From assembly GCA_964016885.1 (NCBI GenBank), contig OZ024745.1, positions 78,740,001 through 78,804,000 of the forward strand: a stretch of 64,000 nucleotides of DNA, read 5' to 3'. How positions within the stretch are numbered: position 1 is the first letter of the stretch; each line of letters starts with the position of its first letter. Below, in pieces: positions 54,034-64,000 of the stretch. A model generated the notes under the pieces. The model worked only from the letters and a program-made list of their open reading frames with translations, did no database searches and was not told the DNA's origin. Origin of the DNA: Eledone cirrhosa (taxonomy: Eukaryota). The translations under genes and the position numbers were made by a program.

Positions 54034-54342
54034 ATACCTATCTTTCCGGCTTCTCTGGAGAATTGTAAAATAATTTTGAGATAGAGTGTCCGTGCTGTTT
54101 GCTCTGATCAGAGCAAACCGCACGGACACTCTATCTCAAAATTATTTTTGAAAAGCATTTAGAAATGCGCAACCGGTAAAAACTTAAAAACTTAAAACCA
54201 CAACTGAATACTAACCCATACAATCACTAATACTCTTTTATTCCTAATTAAACCATTTTTCAACTGTGAACAATTTGTCAGCATTTTCTATTCCGTTTAC
54301 CAATATATAATAACTTGTGTGTTACACCTCTATTCTTTTAAC

Positions 54343-54660
<318 letters not shown>

Positions 54661-55742
54661 CAAAACGTGCGTATATATATATTCTTTGACAACTGAGTAG
54701 GATATGCCATACTGAAGGAGATCTGATAAGACAGTAACATGTCCGTTACTTTTATTGGTAGGTTTAAAGATAAGTTCCACTGCTATTTGAATTTTCTACA
54801 TTTTCTAAAATTTCAGTTAATTGATTTTATCGGAGTGGTCTCTGTTTATTGTTTTACATCTGAAACACCTGTAGAATAAGGGTTTTGTCTATTAATTGCA
54901 GGGTTAATCTCAGTTAATCTAAGTAATTTATCATTATATTACATATGTAGGACCCTACTATATTGATCCATATTTGCAGGTGGGTAATTACACCTTATTC
55001 ATAGATGGCAGATAGCGACTTAAAGCAAATTATTCTCTAGATAATTGTATTTTTATTCACCGATAATTGTACAATCTTTAGATTTACTTACTGGTTCTTT
55101 TCGTCACAACTTTAGGAAGTACGATGGCGTTTAATAAGGTCGGAAAATGTCAGGAGTTGTCTCTTCTCATTTACCAAAATAATCAAAATAATATTGATTT
55201 TTAACAGGGCCACAAATTTTGAGGGAGGTTATTGGCGAATATTTCGTCTATATAATTAATTGATACTTTATTTGTCGATGGAATTAATGAAAAGTCAAGT
55301 TGACCTCAGAGGGATTAAAACTCAGAACCCAAAGGGTGATATCTAAATATTATAAAGCATTTCATCTAACGCTAAAACTGATTTAATTCTTTCTAACATT
55401 CGTACAAGGCCAGCAATTTGGGGGAACGGAAAGTCGATTATATAAACCCCAGAACTTAACTGATACTTTATTTTATCAACTCCGGAAGGATGAAAGGCAA
55501 AAATTGACCTCAGTGAGATTTCAACTCAGAGCTTTAAAAAATGGGAACTAAATACCACAAAACATTTTGTCCGACGCTCTACTGATACTGCCAATACTTT
55601 TCTGCTAATTTAATCAAAACACTATTCGTCAACGACTAATCGTGTTTTTCCCCGTCACCGCACCTATTTATTTTCCTACGCAGCTTTAAACCGGGAGGAT
55701 AGATTGACAAGAAATCATAGTCAGAGCATGCCTGATATATCG

Positions 55743-55810
55743 ACAAACAGAGCAAACAAGTAATCAACAAACAGAGCAAACAAGTAATCAACAAACAGAG
55801 CAAACAAGTA
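55743..55810. repeat. 24-bp tandem repeat, about 2.8 copies
   Basis: ACAAACAGAGCAAACAAGTAATCA repeated. Confidence 0.9.
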
Positions 55811-56199
55811 GCCAGACAGCAGACATATTGAGAGACAACCTGTGTTAGAGAAAAAAAGAGTGGAAAGAATAACGGGATATGGAATTATATATATTGTTAT
55901 ATCACATTATATTCAATGGTTAACTTGGCCTTTCCTCCATTCAAGATCGATAAAAAAAATTTATTAGTCTAGTATTGGGGTTGATTCTTCGTCTATATCT
56001 CTTTCTCACTTTCTTCTCTGGAAGAAATCTGCTGTATTCAGGCTTCGAGAGATGGGCTGCTGCAGGATTAAAAAAAAAAAGAAACTAGGAACGCCGTATG
56101 CCAATATGGTACTCCTACGACTCCCTCATGAGTCACGGCTCTATACATACATACATACATACATACATACATACATACATACATACATACATACATACA

Positions 56200-59100
56200 T
56201 GGCAAAAAACAATCCCTCCATTGGCTATATGAACAGAATGAAGCTATACTGGGACGAAATACACCCAGAACTAAATCACTTCACAGCGAAACAATTACGC
56301 CAACAAGAGAAGATAAATATTATTAATTGTAAGTCCCCCACAACAAACATGGAATCAACAACACGTGCTACAGGTCGCCATGCTACTAGACTTCCTAGCA
56401 GCCAGGTCAAACAATGCCTTGAAACAACTATGCCTGTAAGAAACTTGACACCACGTGTAAGTCTACCTCGAATGCTGGGGAAAATACTATCGATAATAAT
56501 TGTTTCTACGTTTTGGCACAAGGCCAGCAATTACCCAGTGCATTACTGGTACTTTATTTTATCGACCCCTTAAGGATGAAAAGTTAACATCGGCGGGATT
56601 TGAACTCAGAATGGCTATCGATAATAATAATAATAATCGAAGAAATAATAATAATAATAATCGAAGAAATTTGACACCACGTGTACCATCTGAGTCTACC
56701 TCGACTGTTGTGGAAAATACTATCGATAATGATAATAATCAAAAGTATAAACAATTGAAAATTTTCCCCAACGAAATCTTCAAGAGAGAAATTAATTCAT
56801 GTATAAATGCTAAACGTATTAAAACAACAATATTTAATAAAAAAAACAAAAAAACAAATAATGAAATACTACGTGTTATTGACGAAATAGGAGATGAATA
56901 TTTACGACGGATAAAAACCCCAACATTTTGGCAAATCAACGCCTGTTTATATGCCTTAGCAATGACAGTGAAGCATTATCTTGGTGATAGCAGAGATATT
57001 AACAAGTACAAAACACTACCAAAAATACCATCATATATAACTAAAATAGAAAAAAAAGATTGCTGACCTACGAAAAAACATAGGATATGTGACAATGCTC
57101 CTTACATGCAAACAAACACAAAAAAAAACCTCACTCCTCACCAACAAAGAGTGAAAAATAAAATAGAGACGATGTTTGATAAGAGTAGAACTAAAACTCT
57201 TCAATATAAGCTGATCAATCTCAAACAAGAATTGAGAGCTGTTAGAGAAAAACGCCGATACCCGAAGAAGGTAGATGAAAGAAAAGTGCTTAATAAAATA
57301 TTCAGACGAAACCAAACATCAGTCTATAGAGATAAGAATGGCAAAGTTATAAGTGTCACTGAGGTCCCATCCCAGAAAGACATTTATTCCTTTTGGAGAA
57401 AAATATGGGGTGAAAAGAAGAATTTCAACCAAGATGCAGTGTGGCTAAAAGAAATCCGAAAGAACTATTGCTCCTACACTACAACAAAAACATACGAAAT
57501 AAGTGAGGGTACTCTAAAGAGTGTGATAGGAAAACTCCAAGATAAGAAAATACCAGGAAGAGACATGATTGTCGGCTACTGGTACAAAAAACTGATATTC
57601 TATCGGAGGTATCTTACTGACCTCTACCAACAAGTTCTTAAGGGAGATACACTTATACCAGAATGGTTGACATTAGCACAAACATTACTGGTCCCAAAGA
57701 ACAAAGACACCCACTTGGCAAAAAACTACCGACCCATTGTATGCCAGAACCTGATGTATAAGATGTATACAGCCTGCCTGAACCTATTCCTCCAAGATCA
57801 CTATGAAAATAATAACATCATCACAAATGAACAAGCAACTGGAAAGAAGGGGGTTTGGGGATGTGCTGAACAACTCCTAATCAACAAAACTGCGATGTCG
57901 GAGGTGCGACAACTTAGGAAGAATATGGCTACAGTCTGGCTGGACTACAGGAAAGCTTTCGATTCTGTTCCCCACTCTTGGATGATAGAGGCCCTCCAGC
58001 TTGCTAAAGTCCCAGACATTATTATCAGAGCCATAGAGAAGCTGTCTTCTTGGGCTACTATCCTAAAGTTAAAGACAGAGAGGGGGGGACTCTATTTTCA
58101 CTGATGAAATAAAATATCGCAGGGGTATATTTCAGGGAGACAGTCTCTCTGTGATATTATTCATCCTGTTATTAAACCCCTTGTCCTTTCGGCTCAAGAA
58201 ATGTGAAGGATACATCATTGGTTCACAGGAGGACAGAAATACGAAGCTAACCCATAATTTCTTTGTGGATGATCTGAAACTCTATGCCAAGAACATGGAT
58301 GGGATGAAGAAAAATCTTGACCTGGTTACAACGTTCTCAAAGGATATGGAGTTTGGCCAAGATAAATGCTCATATATGACTGTAAAGCGGAGAAAAACAA
58401 CAACCCAATCTAGCAACATTGTCATCAATGGCCTAACTGTTTCATCAATATCTGATGAGGACTGCTACAGATACCTGGGGATAGATGAAAATATATCCTA
58501 TAATGGTATCTGTAATAAGAAACGCGTGACCAGGGAATACTACACCCGATTAAGAAAAATATGGTCATCGGCACTCTCTGCACAAAACAAAACAGTGGCT
58601 TACAATGTGTTTGCTGTGCCTGTCCTAACACCAACGTTTGGAATACTCAATTGGACGATAGACGAAATCCGAGCAGTTTATGTTAGAACTAGAAAAATAC
58701 TAAACAACACCGGAAACTTCCACATCAACAGTGACATAGACCGCCTTTACTTGAAACGTAAGCAGGGAGTCAGAGGACTAACATCAGTCCAGACAGCATT
58801 TGAATGTCGCATCATTTCCCTCCGACAACATCTACGAACCTCGAAGCGTAGGAGTCCGTCTCTCGAGCAAGTCTATCTGCATGAAAGAGATAAGATCATG
58901 AGAGTTGGGAAGGAACTCCTCGAGAGATATTCCCTGTGTGATAATCAAAAACTCACACCCAGGGAAGTCGCTCAGCAGTATCGCAGTGAATCCATGGATG
59001 AAAAACTGCATGCTTATCAGCAAAAGATCATGCATGGATATGTTGCCAGGAAGCTCCAGAGCGAGAGTAATATAGATAAGGAAAGTAGTCTATCTTGGAC

Positions 59101-60046
59101 CAACAACCGCTATATTGGCTCCCACTTTGAAGGATACGCTTTTGCAATCCAAGAACAGGAAATTAACACGAAATACCTGATTCACAAAAGAGATAGGGAT
59201 GCAGGCAAAACACCTAGATGTGATAACAAGTGCAGACTCTGCAGAATTAACATCGAAGATGTCACCCATGTCATCAGCAGCTGTCCAAAGATGTCATCGC
59301 GGTACTATCTACCTATGAGGCATGATATAGTGGCCAAAACACTGTACAATACAATCCGTAAAAAAGATAGCCCCGATAATAAACACATTAAAAGCTACAA
59401 CAATGTGGAAGACATCCATATACATAATATGAAAGAGTACCGGTGGAATGTTCCAGTAAAAACCCCAATAAAATGCAGACATAACAGACCAGATATTATG
59501 ATATGGGACAGGGAAAATAAAGCATGCACAGTAGTGGAAGTTAGCTGCCCAGCAGATGCTAATACAATATCAAAGATTAGCGAAAAGGAGAATATTTATG
59601 CAGAACTGATGAGAAATTTGTAGATACTCCACCCTGATTACACCTTCAGATTTATGCCTGTGATTATTGGGGCACTGGGGTATGTTAGTAACTGCCTCAA
59701 TACAAATCTTGAGACGCTAGGCTTCACATGAACAGAAAGAACACAACTAGTTAGGAAATTACAAGTACAATCTATTAATGGAACAGTAAAAATATGTAAA
59801 ACATTACAAAAATATTGCATCTAATAACTGCAATACACATGTACAAATACAAATCATGCACACATACAACTCAAAACATACACATCCACACATACAATAA
59901 CATCCATATCTACACATGCATGCATGCAGACATGCAGACATATCTACCTAGTTGATGTTGTGTAAATTCCAATGAGAGAGTCTTGTGTCTATGTTAGAAA
60001 CCGACTCTCTATTGGTAAAAAATTGTGAAATTATAAAACCAGAAGA
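56200..60046 (+). mobile_element. Second R4/Dong-clade element (RT plus RLE), largely intact ORF with a few frameshifts and stops
   Basis: GYMNRMKLYW N-terminus, PGRDMIVGYWYK, NYRPIVC, DYRKAFDSVPH, FQGDSLS, FVDDLKL, CRLC...HVISSC, RHD, HNRPD, EVSCP...EKENIY. ORF ends at about 59824; flanked by (CATA)n. Confidence 0.92.
56501..56614 (-). mobile_element. 5'-truncated SINE inserted in the Dong element
   Basis: 14-bp TSD CTATCGATAATAAT at 56487-56500 and 56615-56628. Confidence 0.88.
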
Positions 60047-60333
60047 ACATACATATATACATACATTATCTTATATTATTATATGGCGATGGATTGACAG
60101 TATCGGTAGCGCGTCAGACATTGTGCTTTGCAGCATTGAGTTATGGCCCTTTACGTTCTAAGTTAAAATCCCGCCGAGGTTAACTTTGCCTTTCATCCTT
60201 ACGGGGGTTGATAAAATAAAGCAGTAATGCACTGGGATAATTGCTGCCCTTGTGCGAAAAGTAGAAACATTTATTGTATGGCTTGATATGATATAATATG
60301 ATGCATGTGTTTAGAAACAAAAACGTCACATAC

Positions 60334-60400
60334 CTTTTAATACTGTAAAGCAAACAATAGTAGATATAAACAAATACGCATTAACCCGATTGATAAACAT
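60334..60400 (-). CDS. Gene B exon 1: signal peptide
   Basis: Minus-strand ATG at 60400: MFINRVNAYLFISTIVCFTVLK+G then AAG|GTATGT donor, phase 1, matching the downstream LU exons. Confidence 0.7.
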
Positions 60401-60809
60401 GTCCTTAAAGGAAACCTCCTTCTTTAGGTCTTTCAAATAGAATAAGAGAAATTTCTCTCTCGTTCGCTTTCTCTGAATTGAGGTGAACTTCGGGCTATAA
60501 CTCCCTCAAAATGAAATTATCCTCATATACTTCCAAATATTCTGTCTCACTAAATGAGGTTTGTTTAATTTGTAGCTAGCTTTTATTTATCAATATATTT
60601 TTTCTTCTTCTTCTTCTTTCGTGGGTATTAAACCGGTTTTCAACACCTACTGCAAAAGAAAAGCTTTGGTCAATAATATACATTTTCTCTCGACGTCACA
60701 AAGGAGTGTATTTTGAGTAGGCTATTAAAAATGACAAAAAACCAGCTTTTATAATCTGGTTCCACATTTTTGAAAACAATGTGGAGGATGGACATGAATA
60801 CAAGCATAT

Positions 60810-60904
<95 letters not shown>

Positions 60905-60908
<4 letters not shown>

Positions 60909-61955
60909 TAATATATCTACTAACATAAGCGCACAGATGTACGCTAATGCCAGCAAATACACAGGTTATGTCATAGTACCTAGGTGGTTCAATGCAGGAG
61001 GATGCAGAACAATAATATAAAAGACGTAAAATAAGAAAATTAAAAAAAAAATTTTTTTTTAAATTAACTTACTTACTTAAATTTTCACTCCAACTAATTA
61101 GTTTCTGCAATGGGATAAAGACAGTTACGTAATGAACTGTTGAGAATTTCATTGCGTCATCAGGGAGATCTATTCTCAGCCAAGTCTCCAGGCAATGCGC
61201 GGACACTGGGGACTCATATAAAAATAATAATAATTCGGTAAATGGAACAGCTATCGAGGACTGGATTCCAGGTACTGAAAATTCTCACTGCCACTGGTCA
61301 TATGGCCGATTCTAAAGAATCAATCACGTGACACAGAAGTGAAAATTTAAGTAAGTTAATTTTTTTACAATTTTTTTTTTTTATTTTCTTATTTTACGTC
61401 TTTTATATTATTGTTCTGCATCCTCCTGCATTGAACCACCTAGGTACTATGACATAACCTGTGTATTTGCTGGCATTAGCGTACATCTGTGCCCTTATGT
61501 TAGTAGATATATTAAATTATCTATATTTATCTCCAAATCACTGATTTGTCGAGCAAACCTGCCAAAACCACTTCTAAATTTTTTGGGGGTGTTAGTAGGC
61601 GTCTGTCATCTTACCATCCCATTCCTACTGACTAGCCTCTGTGTCACGTGATTGATTCTTTAGAATCGGCCATATGACCAGTGGCAGTGAGAATTTTCAG
61701 CACCTGGAATCCAGTCCTCGATAGCTGTTCCATTTACCGAATTATTATTATTTTTATATGAGTCCCCAGTGTCCGCGCATTGCCTGGAGAATTGGCTGAG
61801 AATAGATCTCCCTGATGACGCAATGAAATTCTCAACAGTTCATTACGTAACTGTCTTTATCCCATTGCAGAAACTAATTAGTTGGAGTGAAAATTTAAGT
61901 AAGTAAGTTAATTTTTAAAAAAAAAACTTTTTTAATTTTCTTATTTTACGTCTTT

Positions 61956-61962
<7 letters not shown>
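60905..61962. repeat. Compound inverted/tandem repeat (A B A' spacer B' A')
   Basis: 60905-61089 is inverted at 61338-61518; 61014-61337 is inverted at 61638-61962; flanked by (TA)n/(GA)n. Confidence 0.9.
61797..61834 (+). ncRNA. Candidate degenerate type III hammerhead
   Basis: TGAGAAT-A-GATCTCC-CTGATGA-CGCAAT-GAA-ATTCTCA; 7-bp stem III, but stems I and II are vestigial. Confidence 0.35.
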
Positions 61963-62047
<85 letters not shown>

Positions 62048-62073
62048 GTATGTATACAGTTATATATACGTGA

Positions 62074-62105
<32 letters not shown>

Positions 62106-62470
62106 GGAAAAAATGAAACGAAATTTCATTTCCCACTCTTAGTACGGCTGTTACTTAAATATAAGTATGTATACGTACATACATATATGTATACAGACGT
62201 ACAGTAGTATGTATATATATATACATACATGCACACATATATACATATACGTATGAATTCACCGAACATTTATTATAATGCTCGGTGTGTTTGTAAACAA
62301 ACATCCCGTATTAAGCCGTACAGTCTCCAGCAACCATCATTGCTCATTTGTTCAACACTGACAAAAGAACGCTGTAGTACTAGTTTCAAGCTTATTAGCT
62401 ATCGTCAGCAACGTATACCTTCCTGCCAGGTATGTTCGGTGAATCCATACGTACATGTATATATGTGTGC

Positions 62471-62508
<38 letters not shown>

Positions 62509-62558
62509 ATAATAATAAAATTGAAGACTAAAATCCAAAGAGGGCTCGATAAGGAAAA

Positions 62559-64000
62559 TATATATCAAATATATAAGAACCGTAGAGCAAATATTTATTA
62601 AAATAACAGATTAAAGTTTAAGCAAAGAATCGCTGCTTTCACCCTTAACTAGGGTTAACCGCCAATAGTTTCAAGCAGCGTCTTTACATGCATACCCATT
62701 CTTTTCGCTACCCTCTAAGAAGGAATATGACGTCACTTTCAGCTTATATCTGGAGTCTAAAAGACAACCATATATATATCAAATATATGTCAAATATATA
62801 TATCAAATATATATCAAATATATAAGAACCGTAGAGCAAATATTTATTAAAATAACAGATTAAAGTTTAAGCAAAGAATCGCTGCTTTCACCCTTAACTA
62901 GGGTTAACCGCCAATAGTTTCAAGCAGCGTCTTTACATGCATACCCATTCTTTTCGCTACCCTCTAAGAAGGAATATGACGTCACTTTCAACTTATATCT
63001 GGAGTCTAAAAGACAACCATACCCAATATAAGTTACACTGGGAGATCCTAGCTAGGGCTAGATCGTATAACGGAAATAAAAGACCATGTGACCTCTGCGC
63101 CGCTGAGGCCCTGGAAATACTCTACGCTACAGACCACATCTTAAACAAAAAATCTGAGGCAATTTCGGCTTGTAAACATAAATTGCACAAAACTTTCCTG
63201 TATTACAGCCCCACGTTATACCCTAACGGATAGCACGATCTATACGTGGATATTTTACGTCTTGATGTGGGAGCTAAGTATATGTTTTGTTTATTCCTTT
63301 ACTTATTTGCATAGGTAAGTATATATTACTCGTATGTTTTGTGAAGGTATGTATACCTTCTCGTACGTATATTTGACTGTTATAGCGTATAATGTTTACA
63401 TATTCCGGTATTTAGGGTTTGGCTATGTGTATACGGGAGTTTTGCGTCCGCGTGAGTGTGCAGGTTCGTACGTATGGTGGGTGTGTGTATATGTGTACTT
63501 CTTGTTTTAGTTGACTTACGTCTCCGAACATTCGTGTATTTATATGTAGGTATGCGTGTGCGCTTGTTATATACGTATTTATTTACTTATATACGTTTAT
63601 ATAATTATTTATTTATTTGTACACAAGCATACACACACACACATATTTATATGTGCGTGGTTCTGTATACCCATGGTAAGGTTTTGCGTATGCTTGTGTA
63701 TGTACGTATCTGTTTGCGTGTATGTATTTATTTGTTTCTATTACTTCTGTATTGCATTTATTTACTTTGTTCTTAACTCTGTAGCGGAGATTCATTTGGT
63801 CTCCTAGTTAGAATTTTAGTCTACGATTTCTGCTATACCATTTACGTGGTTTTGTCTTTGCGTGCTATTGTTCTCTACGCTCCACATATGACTTATTATC
63901 TTCGTTTTTTCGTTCATTGCCAGAGAACGTCTCTATGCACCACCTAAGAGAACATTAGTCTACGACCTCTTTTATACCATAAACGTGGTTTTGTCTTTGC
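62559..64000 (+). mobile_element. Penelope-like element 3' part (GIY-YIG C-terminus plus 3' UTR) with tandem duplication
   Basis: GLTANSFKQRLYMHTHSF...TSLSTYIWSLK...WEIL...CDLC..E..EIL...LNKKSE..SACKH; about 210 bp duplicated (62559-62772 / 62809-63021). Confidence 0.85.

Noticed and set aside
55085-55160. Minus-strand GTAAGT donor
   Set aside because: No in-frame ATG or good acceptor; could be non-coding but is unsupported.

Overview
AT-rich, microsatellite- and retroelement-dense eukaryotic (animal) genomic DNA. The SINE families and (TA)n load look octopus/cephalopod-like, which is inference. Hand-splicing gives two convergent paralogous Ly6/uPAR (three-finger, quiver/sleepless-like) genes that the ORF track misses. 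Gene A is on + (4 exons, 61-21995, about 259 aa: signal peptide, one 10-Cys LU domain, stalk, hydrophobic GPI-like tail). Gene B is on - (60400 to 24849 or 24658: signal peptide, two tandem LU domains, and a terminal exon open in two frames that both end hydrophobically). Introns hold Tx1/L1-, RTE-, R4/Dong-, CRE- and Penelope-type retroelements, many tRNA-derived SINEs and two TIR MITEs. The most unusual non-genic signal is a set of sequence-unrelated fold-back (inverted-repeat) elements embedded in (TA)n tracts, most carrying a minimal hammerhead-ribozyme fold of the type known from Penelope pseudo-LTRs. All calls were read by eye; no database search was run.
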